Shown one piece after another: positions 30,681 to 44,736 of a stretch of 64,000 bases of DNA. Location: the NCBI GenBank assembly GCA_963827755.1, contig CAWHCQ010000007.1, positions 11,036 to 75,035 of the forward strand, read 5' to 3'. The first letter of the stretch is position 1. Every line of letters begins with the position of its first letter. The notes beneath the pieces are model-generated. The model was not told the DNA's origin. It ran no database searches and saw only the letters and a program-made list of their open reading frames with translations. A program made the translations under genes and the position numbers. This DNA is from an uncultured Gammaproteobacteria bacterium (GTDB lineage Bacteria > Pseudomonadota > Gammaproteobacteria > UBA9214).

Positions 30681-33092
30681 TTGCCCTGGCTGTCCGTCGC
30701 CCTGGTCTCGGCGACGGCGCTTGCCTACGAAGTGCTGCTGATGCGGCTGTTCTCGATCATCCAGTGGCATCACTTCGCCTACATGATGATCAGCCTGGCG
30801 CTGCTTGGCTACGGGGTCAGCGGCGCGTTTCTCATGCTGCTGCAGCGTCCCCTGTTACAGCGTTTTGCCGCCAGTTACCTCGTTAACCTCGCGTTGTTCG
30901 GTCTATCTTCGGTCGGCTGTTTCCTGCTTGCGCAACAGATTCCCTTCAATGCCGAGGAGGTATTCTGGGATGCCCGGCAGACGCTCTGGCTGCTGGGCAC
31001 CTACCTGCTGCTCGCGGTGCCTTTTTTCTTCGCCGCCAACGCCATCGGACTGGCGCTGATTCACTACCGTGCCCGGTTGCCGGCTCATCTATGCCGCCGA
31101 CCTGGTCGGGGCAGGCCTGGGGGGCATCGCGATCCTGGCGCTGTTGTTTGCGGTTTCGCCCCTGCAGGCACTGACCCTGCTCGGCCTGCTCGGAATCGGT
31201 GCCGCCCTGATCGGTGCATGGGAGTTGCGGCAAAGGCCCGGCGTAGCCTGGCTGGCTGCTGCCGCTGGCCGCCGTCCTGCTGCTGATACCCGCCAGCTGG
31301 AGCACGCCTGGAGATGTCGCCCTACAAGGGACTGAGCCAGGCCCTGCAGGTGAAGGACAGCCGCGTCATTGCGCAACGCTCCAGCCCGCTGGGCCTGCTC
31401 AGTGTGCTGGAAAGCCCGACGATTCCGCTGCGCCATGCCCCCGGCCTGAGCCTGAACGCGACCACCGAACCACCGGCACAACTGGGTGTGTTCACCGATG
31501 GCGACGGGTTGTCCGTCATCAGCCGCTATAACGGTGACACGCAGACACTGGCACATCTCGACCAGCTGACATCGGCACTGCCCTACCACCTGCGGCCGGT
31601 TGAGCGCGGGCTGATCCTCGGTGCCGGTGGCGGCGCCGACGTGCTGCAGGCACTCTACCATCACACGAAACAGATCGATGCAGTTGAACTGAATCCGCAG
31701 TTCGCTCACCTGGTGACTACGGATTATGCCGATTTCGCCGGCCACCTCTACCAGCTACCGGGGGTCACACTGCACATTGCCGAGGCACGCAGTTTTGTCA
31801 AAGGCAGCCCGAGTGACTACGACCTCATCCAGGTCTCCTTGCTGGATTCCTTCAGCGCCTCGGCCTCGGGGCAATTCGCCCTCAGCGAAAATCACCTGTA
31901 CACCCGCGAGGCGCTGGCTGAATTTCTGCAAAAACTTGCCGCTGATGGATATCTCTCCATCACGCGCTGGATAAAACTGCCGCCGCGGGACACGCTGAAG
32001 CTGTTTGCCACCGGCATCGAGGCCCTGCGCGCCCGCGGCGTCAGTGACCCGGGGCAGCAACTCATTCTGATCCGCGGCTGGCAAACCAGCACCCTGCTGG
32101 TGAAGAACGGGGCCGTCGATTCACAGGACATCGAGCGCGTGCGCGAGTTTTGCGCGGCACGATCTTTCGACATGGCCTGGTATCCGGGCATCACACAAGG
32201 CGAGAGCAACCGCTTCAATCGCCTTCGAGACGACTGGTTTTACGAGGCCGCCCGGGCGCTGCTTGGTGAACAGCACGCGCGCTTTTTGGCGGACTACAAG
32301 TTCAACCTGCAGCCGGCCAGCGATGACCAGCCCTATTTTTTCCACTTCTTCAAATGGCGGACCCTGGCGGAGGTCTTGCAACTGCGCGAGCGCGGCGGCG
32401 CACCGCTGGCCGATGCCGGCTACCTGGTACTGGTGGCCACGCTGGCGCAGGCGGTAATTGCCAGCCTGCTGTTGATCCTGTTGCCGGTCTGGATTGACCG
32501 GCGGCGCGGCAACCCGGCAAGACAAGGTGTCCGTCATGCCGAGGTCATGGTTTATTTCTTTATTCTTGGACTGGCCTTTCTGTTTATCGAGATTGCCTTC
32601 ATCCAGAAATTCCTGCTGTTCCTGCATCACCCGCTGTACGCGGTCGCAGTGGTACTCAGCAGTTTCCTGGTTTTTTCCGGACTGGGCAGTGCCTGGCTGG
32701 GGCGCGCTGCAGCGGGTGACCGCGGCAGGCTGCTGGTCAAGGCCGTCAGCGTTATCATGGTGCTCGGCACCCTCTACCTGCTGGCACTGGGCCCCCTGCT
32801 GGAGCAACTGTCGATGCTGCCCGAGGTGCTGCGCATCCTGATCAGCGTGACGCTCATCGCGCCGCTGGCATTCTGCATGGGCATGCCCTTCCCGCTGGGG
32901 CTTGGCCGGCTGGCTGACCATGCACCGGGGCTGATCCCCTGGGCCTGGGCCATCAACGGCTGCGCCTCCGTAATCAGCGCCGTGCTGGCCACGCTGCTCG
33001 CCATTCACCTTGGCTTTGCCACCGTCATCGCCATGGCCCTGGCCTTGTATGCGCTGGCCCTGTGGGTGTTTCCCGCGCCTTGCATCAGATAA
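30681..33092 (+). CDS. Polytopic membrane protein with a central spermidine-synthase-like SAM-binding domain; frameshifts near 31080 and 31270-31310
   Basis: 'YEVLLMRLFSIIQWHHFAYMMISLALLG', 'IYAADLVGAG', 'LILGAGGG', 'VELNP', 'LYTREA', 'GMPFP.G', 'WAWAING'. Confidence 0.8.
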
Positions 33093-33220
33093 TCAGCCGC
33101 GCATTTGATACCACCCGGTGTGTCGAGTGGCAAGACCCGACGCTACCCGGTCCTCTGGCGTCCGTTTATATAACCAATGGCTAAACCAGAAAGAACAACC
33201 CCTCCGGAACATTCATAAAT

Positions 33221-33389
33221 GCAGGGTGCGTTTTACGCCCCGTGGGATCGCACTATGAGACCATGGTGCGCGAAGCGCACCCGACGAAGTTTATCGCAAG
33301 GCAGCATTTGGCCGGCTCCGGCCTTTCGCAAATCAAGTTCTTCTTGGCGCCTCTGCGTGAGCATGCTTTTTTCTCTGTGTGCCCTGTGG
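33221..33389. repeat. Cluster of degenerate REP-like remnants
   Basis: gcagggtgcgttttacgccc...ggtgcgcgaagcgcacccgac; cttggcgcctctgcgtgag; tctctgtgtgccctgtgg. Confidence 0.5.
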
Positions 33390-33460
33390 ATAAAAATAAC
33401 CAATCCGGCATTAAATGTGCTCCAATACTTTTTTCACTCCGGTTAACAAAAATACTCCTG

Positions 33461-34282
33461 GTGCTGAATTCGCCCATCATAGCCAGCTTTGCCTTTCTCC
33501 TGGTACTCACATTGGGCGGCGCGGCTTGCTCGCTGGATAGCGGCGCGAATAAGCGCATGCCGGCTATACCGGCAGGTGGTGCCGAAGCAAAGATCACGGA
33601 AGCTCCCGGCCGCAGCGAAACATACGGCGGTGCCGAAGTGAAACCCTGTGAGCCCGATCACACAAAGAGGGTACTCTGCGTGTTTGACTACGACCTGACC
33701 ATTTCGAGCCATGCCTGTGAGGTGGCGGGCGAGTACTGCCGCACAAATTCCTGCGGGACGTACTCCTGGTTTAATCAATGCCTTGCGCCGGCTGCGCGCG
33801 AGGCTTTCAAGGCCTGCGTAGATCGCGGCGCATTTATCGGAATCAACAGCCATGCCGGCGTGGATGAATGCTGGTCAGACAAGGTGGTGCCGATTGTGGC
33901 GCAGAATCAGTTCCCCGAACTCACCAATTCGCCCCGCTATGACAACCCGAATGCCGACTTCAGTTACCCGGCCATTGACGATCGCGCGAACTGGAACTGC
34001 AATACGTGCGCCTACCATATGAACCCCAACATGGACAAATCCGAAGGGGTCAGGAAAGTGATGCGCCACTACGGAATGGACGCAGACTCACCCGCCGACA
34101 GGGCAAGAGTGATCTTCTGGGATGACAGCCCCGGAAATATCACGAACCTGAATACCAATATGCCGGAGGTGCGTGCAATCCTCGTTCCCCGCGCGGGGGC
34201 GGACGAAGGCGGCTGCGGCATCACCCGGCAGAAAATAATCGAAGGCTGGAACGGTCTGGTCCCGCAAGCCTGCACCCGGTGA
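33461..34282 (+). CDS. Cys-rich HAD-like predicted lipoprotein
   Basis: Likely GTG start at 33461; hydrophobic stretch ending LGGAA-C; FDYDLT (motif I), 'IGINSH', 'DKS', 'IFWDDSPGNI' (motif IV). Confidence 0.65.
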   Translation: MLNSPIIASFAFLLVLTLGGAACSLDSGANKRMPAIPAGGAEAKITEAPGRSETYGGAEVKPCEPDHTKRVLCVFDYDLTISSHACEVAGEYCRTNSCGTYSWFNQCLAPAAREAFKACVDRGAFIGINSHAGVDECWSDKVVPIVAQNQFPELTNSPRYDNPNADFSYPAIDDRANWNCNTCAYHMNPNMDKSEGVRKVMRHYGMDADSPADRARVIFWDDSPGNITNLNTNMPEVRAILVPRAGADEGGCGITRQKIIEGWNGLVPQACTR

Positions 34283-34664
34283 GAGCGGGCGCCAAAGAGC
34301 AGCGAAGCATATTTACTGCTGCAATGGATGAATTCCCACAGAGGGCAAAGAGAAACGAGCTCCGGCTTTCCCGTCTCGCTGGTATCGCATGAAATTATCA
34401 CCGTAGCTGTAAGGACAGTAAAGGTCTTCCGGCCATCGAGAGGATTTTTGCGCACAGGAAGATCACGCACTCGAAGTGCGTGATTTCCCGAAAGCGGGGC
34501 CGATCACGCCCGCGGGCAATGCCGGCTGGCTGGATTGTCGACGCTCGCGCCAGATTCGGGATGCCCAATTCATCAGGCTGCTGATTGTCCTGTAGACAGG
34601 GGCAGGCAAGCGGGCATACGATGGAAAGGTATATAATAAAGGTCGTCTGAGACCAGGAGGCGCT

Positions 34665-37600
34665 GTGTCAGCCCTCAAACCCATCATCGCAATGCTTGCC
34701 GCGGTCGTCATCTTCAGCCTTTCCGGCATGCCGGTCGGGGCGCAGGACGGACCGGGAATTCCCGCGTTCACGTTCCAGCAAGGTGAGCTGCTGACCCCGC
34801 TCTATACGTTCACGACCGCCGAGGTCGGTGCCCGGCCGACGTTCGCCGGAATGCACCGTGGCTATCTGATTGTCGCTGGCGGCGGCGTCGACAACGAGCC
34901 GCGCGCCCTGACACTGTGGGAGATCAACGACCCCGCTGCGCCGACCCTGTTCAGTTCAACCCCCGACATCGAGATCTTCAAGACCCACGCCATGGGGTTT
35001 TCGGATAACCTGGTCACGGTGCGGGCCGCCGGGGGCGTCCTCTACGACATCACCGATCCGGCAAACCCGCTGCGCCGCGGCACCATGGGCGGGACGGCCA
35101 GCAGCCTGTGGGCCTATTACGCCGCGCCTTACGTCTACAAGGGAGGCGAGGGCTACGGAAACGCCTCGGGCTGGGTCAGCATCCTCGACGCCTCGGACCC
35201 CGATAACATCGTCGTCGTCAACGAGATCAACATGCCGGCGCTGGTGGGTTTTCGCTGCGGGTCGACCCACGTGCTGGGGAACCTGCTGGTCGTCTCGGCC
35301 AGCCAGACGAACGGGGTCGTCACCTTCGACATCAGTGATCCCGTGAACCCGGTGCTGCTCGACGTGCTGCGCATCCCCGGGGATACGACCTACACCTCGC
35401 TGCTCAACGGCAACCGGCTCTACAGCGGTGGCCAGGACGGCGGGCTGCACGTCTACGACCTGACCGACCCCGCCAACATCGTTCACGTCGGCAGCGTTCA
35501 TCCCGGCGGCAGCGCGCGTTACCCGTTGCTGCAGGACGAGTTCATCCACCTGGGGAATCTCGGCAACGACCACTACCAGAAGATCGACATCGACAGGCTG
35601 CAGCTCGTCGCCAGCGCCGCGCTCCCGGGAGGCCCTGATTCCGATCCCGAGATTGCACTGCCGATGGGCAATCTGGTCTTCGTCGGCAACAGCGTGTTGA
35701 ACACCGCCTTACCCGGTGGCTACCTGCTGGCCCACGACACCGACCCCGATACCCGCGGCATGGTTGTCAGCGCGGTACGCCCCGCTGACGGCGAGACCGG
35801 CGTTGCCGCCACCTCGATGATCGGTATCGCGCTCACCGACCAGATCGATCCGCGTACCGTCGACGCGACGACTTTCACCGTCCGGCCGCTGGGCGGCGCG
35901 CCGCTCGCCGGCACCTACACGACCCAGACGGGCACGATCAACTTCGTCCCCGATCAGCCGCTGGCGCCCGGCACAACCTACGAGGTCGTCATCGCCGCAG
36001 GGCGGCGTGCGTGACCTGTCCGGCAACGGAGTGCACGTCGCGTCGGTCACACGCTTTTCCACCGGCCCCAGCGTGTCTGGCGTGCCGCCCGGGGACCCTG
36101 CCGGCCTCCTCGCCGTCGCCGCCACGAGCACCAGTGTCGATCTGACCTGGAACGACAACAGCGCCACGGAGAGTTCGTTCCTGATCGAGCGCAAGACGGT
36201 CATGGGACCGTTCCTGCCGCTCGCGCAGGTCCCGGCCGATGTCACCGCATTCACCGACACGACGGCAATACCGTTCACCAGCTACGCCTACCGCGTGCGT
36301 GCACAGGGCGACGGCAACTCGGCCTTTTCCAGCCAGGCCCAGGTCACCACACCAGGCGTCACCGTCAACAGCGGGCTCGACGCGCACTGGCGGTTCGACG
36401 GCGACACCGTCGATGCCTCGGGCAACGCACACGTGGCCACCCTGATCGGCGACGCGGGTTTCTCGACCGCCGGCGCCGTCGGCAGCCACGCGGTGCTGCT
36501 GGACGGGGCAGGGGACTGGATCGCCACGGATGACTTCACGCTGGGCTCGGAGTTTTCGATCTCCATGTGGGCGCGGGTCGATTCCGGGCATAGCAACATC
36601 CAGACCCTGGCCGCGAACACCGTGGGCGGTTCCCCGGCTGACGGCTTCCGTTTTTTCGTCAACGAGTACCTTACGACGAACGGCAGCATACGCTTCGAGA
36701 CCCACAAAGACGTCCTTGGTGACGTGGCGTTTTCACCACCAGGTACGTTCGCCTTCGACCAGTGGAATCACGTGGCGGTTGCTCGTCGATCGCACGGCCG
36801 GGGTGGCGCGGATCTACTACAACGGCACAGACGTGACCGTCGATTCCACGATGCGTCAACGACTTCAATACTGACGGGCCGCTCGAACTGGGGCGCATGC
36901 TGGGCAACTTTGCGCTGACCGGTGCGGTCGATGATGTGCGCATCTACGATGGCTTGTTGACGCCATTCGACGTGACGATACTGGCCGACCCCACGCTGCC
37001 CGCCGCGCCGGGCGGACTCAACGCCACCGCACCCTCCGCGAGCGCGATCGACCTGGTCTGGGACGACAACAGCACCAATGAACTCGAATTCCGCATCGAG
37101 CGTAAAACGGCTGCCGGGCCGTTCGTGCAGATCGCCACCGTCCCCCCCGATGCGACGGCGTACCAGGACAGCGGCCTCGCCGCCGCCACGATGTACACCT
37201 ACCGCGTTCGCAGCGCCAATCACAACGGCACGTCCGCCTACAGCAGCGAGGCTTTCGCCATCACCTCGTCGGGCACGGGCGCGCCGGGGCTCACGGCGCA
37301 CTGGGAGCTGGACAACGACGCCGGCGATTCCATCGGCAACGGCCACGACGGTACGCTGGTCGGCGGCGCCACGTTCTCCAGTGACCGCGTGATCGGCAGT
37401 CACTCACTCGCCCTGGACGGCGTCAATGATCTGCTCGACGTCGGCGTGATGAACCTCGCCGGACGCTTCACGATCGCAACCTGGGTCAAGATCGACTCCG
37501 GCAGTTTCAACATCCAGACACTGGCCGCCAACGCCCCGGGCGGATTCATTCCCGACGGCTTTCGCTTCTTCGTCAACGCGTACGATACTGCGGACGGCAG

Positions 37601-40350
37601 CATCGTCTTCGAGACCGGCAACGGCGTCGACGGTAATGTGGCGCTGTCGCCGCCGGGCACGTTCGCCTTCGATCAGTGGAACCACGTGGCCGTCGTCGTC
37701 GATCGCCCGACCGGGACCGCGCATCTGTACTACAACGGCAACGACGTCACGACGGACACCATTATCCTGAGTGACTTCAACCTCGACGCGACCATTCACC
37801 TGGGCGAGATGGGCGGATCGGGTTTCTGGCTCAACGGCAACCTGGATGACGCGCGCATCTATGACCGGGCGCTCGACGCCGCGGAAATCGCCGGCCTGGC
37901 CTCGCCCGGAACGGGCGGTCCGCTGTCGGTGCAGTTGGCGCCGGGCTCGCCCGCGCTCGAAGCCATGCCGCTGAGCCTCGACCTGGCAAGCATCACTGGC
38001 GGTGAGGGCGTGCTCGAGTACTCCTGGGACTTCAACGACGGCAGTCCCCAGACCCCGTTTCTTACCACGTCCGCCGTCGAGCACGTCTTTACCGCGCCGG
38101 GCCATTACACCGTGCAGGTCATCGTGCGCGACCAGCAGGGTCAGCAGGCCAGCGACAGCTACCTGCAGACGATTCACCTGCCGGTCAGCCTCGGGCAGCC
38201 GGCCGGCTCGAGCACCATCATCTACGACCCGACGCTCGAACGGGTGTGGAACGTCAATCCCGACAACGACAGCGTGACCGTGATCGATGCCTCGACGCTG
38301 GCAAAGCTCGGCGAGTTCGGCGTCGGCGATCATCCGCGGACGCTGGCCCAGGGCCCGGACGGGTCGATCTGGGTCGCCAACCAGGACGACGCCAGCATCA
38401 GTGTGCTCGACGCCGCTGACGGCAGCTGGATCCAGACCATCGAGCTCGCCCGCGGCAGCGCACCGTACGGCATCGCCTTTCGCACCGAATGGCACATCGG
38501 CCTGGTGACGCTCGAGGCCACGGGGCAGCTCGTCGAGCTTTCCTCGCCGGGCGGGCAGATCCTGCGCACCGTGGACGTCGGTCCCTCGCCGCGGGGTATC
38601 GCGGTGACGGAAGACGGACAGCGCATCTTCGTAACGCGTTTCATTTCACCGGGCGACACCGGTGAAGTCACCGAGGTCGACGCGATCACGTTCGATGTCA
38701 CCTCGGTCATCACGCTGGCCAGGGACCCGGGGCCCGACACGCCCAGCAGCGGGCGCGGCGTGCCGAACTACCTCAGCTCCATCACGGTTTCTCCCGACGG
38801 TACCCGCGCATGGGTGCCGTCCAAGAAGGACAACACCGAACGCGGCGCATTCCTGGATGGGCAACCGCTGACCTTCGAGAGTACCGTGCGCACGATCGCA
38901 TCGAAGATCGATCTGGCCACGGGCATCGAGCGGCTCGGGGAGCGCATCGACTTCGACAACAGCAGCCTGGCGTCCGCGGTGCGCTTTTCGCCGCTCGGCG
39001 ACTGGGCCTTCGTGGCGCTGTCGGGGAACAACCTGATCGACGTACGCGACGCCTACAGCGGCTCTTCCGTGGCCGGTCTCGACACGGGGCTGGCGCCGCA
39101 GGGGCTGGTGCTGTCGGCCGACGGCTCACTTCTGTTCACGCAGAACTTCATGCAGCGCTCGGTGTCGGTGTTCGACGTGTCCGAGCTGTCTTCGGGTAGC
39201 GGTGTGGGCGTATTCCCGCTGGCGACCATCTCCACCGTGGACAACGAAGCGCTCGACGCGACCGTGCTCGCGGGCAAGCAGATCTTCTACAACGCCGCCG
39301 ACACGCGGATGGGCCTTGACGGTTACCTCAGCTGCGCGACCTGCCACCTCGAGGGCGGACAGGACGGCCGGGTGTGGGACTTCACCGACCGGGGCGAGGG
39401 CTTGCGCAACACGATCGATCTGCGCGGCCGCGCGGGCACGGGCCACGGCAACGTGCACTGGACCGCGAACTTCGACGAGATCCAGGATTTCGAGAACGAC
39501 ATGCGCAATGCCTTCGGCGGCACGGGATTTCTGAGCGATCCACAGTTTGCACAGACGTCCGATCCGCTGGGTCTGCCCAAGGCGGGGCTGAATGCGGACC
39601 TCGACGCGCTCGCCGCGTATGTGACCTCGCTGACCACGTTGCCCGACAGCCCATATCGCGCGGCCGACGGTTCGCTGACGCCGACCGCCGAGGCCGGGCG
39701 CGTGATTGTTCGTCAACCACGGCTGCTCGACCTGCCATTCGGGAACGGGTTTCACCGACGGGCAGCGCCACGACGTCGGCACGATCCAGCTCTCGTCCGG
39801 CACCGGGATCGGTCAGCCGCTTCAGGGAGTGGGCTTCGACACGCCGACCCTGAAAGGAATCTGGGCCGCGGCGCCGTACCTGCACAACGGCCAGGCGGAA
39901 ACACTGGACGATGTGCTCCTCATTCCCGGCCACGGCACGGCGAGCGCGCTGAGCAATGAGGATCGCGCGCTGCTGATCGACTACCTGCTGCAGATCGACA
40001 ACGACGGGGGCCAGGCCCCGCTGCCCGGGTGCGACCCGGGACAGCCCCCCGGCGATTGCGACGGCGATGGCGTGCCGAACAGCCTCGACAACTGCATCCT
40101 CACTGCCAACGCAGATCAGTTCGACACCGACACCGACGGGTACGGCAATGCCTGCGATGGTGATTTCGACAACACCTGCGGTCCGGTGAATTACACGGAC
40201 CTGGCAGCCTTCAGGGCGGCGTTCTTCACTGTAAGCCCGCTCCACGATCTCGACGGCAGCGGCGGGCCGGTGAACTACATAGATCTGGCTCTCTTCAAGG
40301 GCCTGTTCTTCACGCCCCCCGGGCCGAGTGCCGCCGGTTTATGCCAGTAA
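34665..40350 (+). CDS. ~1900-aa secreted multidomain di-haem cytochrome c peroxidase-family protein, split by several indels
   Basis: Signal peptide; LVIVD-type propeller; Ig-like; 2x(FN3-LamG); PKD; YVTN propeller; CATCH and CSTCH with 'TPTLKGIWAAAPYLHNG'; TSP3/dockerin-like tail. Frame changes at ~36000, ~36780-36850 and ~39705. Confidence 0.8.
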
Positions 40351-40475
40351 CGGATCGAAGGGTTGGAAAGGCCGTTGCTCTACCCTGAAGATCCGGAGTT
40401 GGCCTAACTCGGAAGTCCCTGGGCTGATCGGTTGAGTTTTCAACTGGCGACGATGATGTTGTCCGAAGCGAATGA

Positions 40476-42338
40476 GTGACCTTCATGCAAAGTACAAAAA
40501 CCGGCAGATCACGGGTGTGGCGCATCGTTTCATTCGCCGTATTTCTAATCGCCGGGCAGGTGTATGCCGAATCCGGGATTTCGATGCAGAACATCCACAA
40601 CCGGGACAAGACCTCACTTAACGGGCGCTGGCACTACATCGTCGATCCCTATGAAAACGGGTTCTACAATTACCGCCGCAGGCCCTTCGATGAGCTCGAC
40701 TCGAAGGAAGGTGCCTTCTTTTCCAATACACGACAGAAATCAAAGTCGCACCTGATCGAGTACGATTTCACTTCGGAGCCGACCTTGAATGTTCCGGGCG
40801 ACTGGAACTCCCAGAAACCTGAACTGCTGTGGTACGAAGGAACGCTCTGGTATTTCAGGGAGTTTGACTACGCACTGGAGGAAGGTCGCCGCCTGTTCGT
40901 CAATTTCGGCGCATCCAACTACGAAACGCACGTCTATCTCAACGGCGAGAAGCTCGGGACCCACATCGGCGGCTTCACACCGTTTCAGTTCGAGGTGACC
41001 GATGCGGTCCGACGCGGAAAGAACTTTCTCGTCGCGAAAGTGGACAACCGTCGCTCGAAAGAGGCGGTGCCGACCGAGGCCACCGACTGGTGGAACTATG
41101 GCGGATTGACCCGCGACGTGGACTTGATCGAAACTCCGGCGACCTACTTGAATGACTACGTTTTCCGCTGGGATCAGGAGGAAGAAGTAATCAAGGGATT
41201 TGTCGAAATGGACGGCACTGAAAAAGCCGGGGTGACCGTCGAGGTCTCGCTGCCGGAACTTGGAGTGGCGCGGGAAGTAATAACCGACCCCTCGGGGCGC
41301 GCCGAATTCGTACTGCGTCCGGATGCGATTACGCTCTGGTCGGTACTGCAACCGAAACTCTACGAGACCGTCATTGCGACAAAGGGGGAACGCGTTTCCG
41401 ACCGGATTGGTTTCCGTCACATCGAAACCCGGGGGCGTGATGTGTTTCTGAACGGGCGCCAGGTGTTCTTCCGGGGGATCTCGATTCATGAGGAAATTCC
41501 GATGCGCAGCGGCAGAGCCTATTCGCTGGCCGACGCGCGGGTGCTTTTAGGATGGGCCAGGGACCTGGGATGCAATTTCGTGCGCCTCGCACACTATCCG
41601 CACAATGAGCACATGGTGCGGGCAGCGGAGGAGATGGGCTTGATGGTCTGGTCGGAAATTCCGGTGTACTGGACGATCCAGTGGGAGAATGAATCGGTGT
41701 TCGACAACGCGGCCAATCAGCTCACGGAAATGATTCGACGGGACCGGAATCGCGCCAACGTGGTGATCTGGTCGGTCGGAAACGAAACGCCGGTCAGCGA
41801 CGCCCGCAATCGCTTCATGCGGGGATTGGTCGGGATCGCTCGCGAACTGGATTCCACTCGCCTGGTGACAGCGGCGCTCGAGGTCGATTTCGAGCCGGAT
41901 TACGTGACCATTGGCGACCCCTTCGAACCCGCGATCGATCTTGTGAGCTTCAATGAATACATCGGCTGGTATGGGTCGCTGCCAGAGGCTTGCGACAGTA
42001 TGGTGTGGAAGATTCCGCAGGAGAAACCCGTCTTCATCAGCGAAACCGGGGCGGGCGCGCTGCAAGGTTTTCACGCCGACGAGACCACCCGCTTTTCGGA
42101 AGAATATCAGGCGGACTACTACCGCCGCCAGATCGCGATGCTGAAGAAGATCGACAAACTGCGGGGCATGACGCCGTGGATTCTTGCCGATTTTAGATCA
42201 CCGCGCCGACCACATCCGAGGTATCAGAATTATTGGAACCGAAAAGGGCTGGTCTCCGAAACGGGAACTCCGAAGCAAGCGTTCCAGGTGCTGAAAGACT
42301 ACTATCGGGAAGTTGCAGAGCAATATCCCGATTTTTAG
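40476..42338 (+). CDS. uidA: GH2 beta-glucuronidase with a signal peptide
   Basis: 'VPGDWNSQ', 'DWWNYGGLTRDV', 'VRLAHYPH', WSVGNE (acid/base), 'ISETGAG' (nucleophile), WNRKG (NxKG). Confidence 0.85.
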   Translation: MTFMQSTKTGRSRVWRIVSFAVFLIAGQVYAESGISMQNIHNRDKTSLNGRWHYIVDPYENGFYNYRRRPFDELDSKEGAFFSNTRQKSKSHLIEYDFTSEPTLNVPGDWNSQKPELLWYEGTLWYFREFDYALEEGRRLFVNFGASNYETHVYLNGEKLGTHIGGFTPFQFEVTDAVRRGKNFLVAKVDNRRSKEAVPTEATDWWNYGGLTRDVDLIETPATYLNDYVFRWDQEEEVIKGFVEMDGTEKAGVTVEVSLPELGVAREVITDPSGRAEFVLRPDAITLWSVLQPKLYETVIATKGERVSDRIGFRHIETRGRDVFLNGRQVFFRGISIHEEIPMRSGRAYSLADARVLLGWARDLGCNFVRLAHYPHNEHMVRAAEEMGLMVWSEIPVYWTIQWENESVFDNAANQLTEMIRRDRNRANVVIWSVGNETPVSDARNRFMRGLVGIARELDSTRLVTAALEVDFEPDYVTIGDPFEPAIDLVSFNEYIGWYGSLPEACDSMVWKIPQEKPVFISETGAGALQGFHADETTRFSEEYQADYYRRQIAMLKKIDKLRGMTPWILADFRSPRRPHPRYQNYWNRKGLVSETGTPKQAFQVLKDYYREVAEQYPDF

Positions 42339-42439
42339 CCGCTGCGATCGCCTGGCCCTTCTTCCCGAGGAGATCACGGATATCCATCGAGAGCTTCTCC
42401 TTTGCGGGGGTAAATCTATTGATGCAGGAGACAGCTCAC

Positions 42440-44503
<2,064 letters not shown>

Positions 44504-44736
44504 GCCTACACGGTAGCGAATGGCCCCGTCATTTGCAAGAAGAACAATTCCCGGACAAACGACAAGCCATTGTTTTATATAGGCAAGTACGCAATTACAG
44601 GTGACGGTTTCTTGCCAGCGGCAGCCAAACCCCGTACTCTACGCAGGCGCTCGCGGCCACTGTGCGAGCGAGCAGTTTCCAGCCGCCCGTGCGTCCAGGA
44701 AAACCGGTTTTATCCCTGTTAAACAGCGAGTAACAC

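Noticed and set aside
33242-33460. 73-aa N-terminal extension of the HAD-like ORF
   Set aside because: It reads through repeat remnants; the signal peptide begins only near GTG 33461
33997-34020. CNTCAYH as a haem-binding site
   Set aside because: It is not CxxCH; more likely disulfide cysteines
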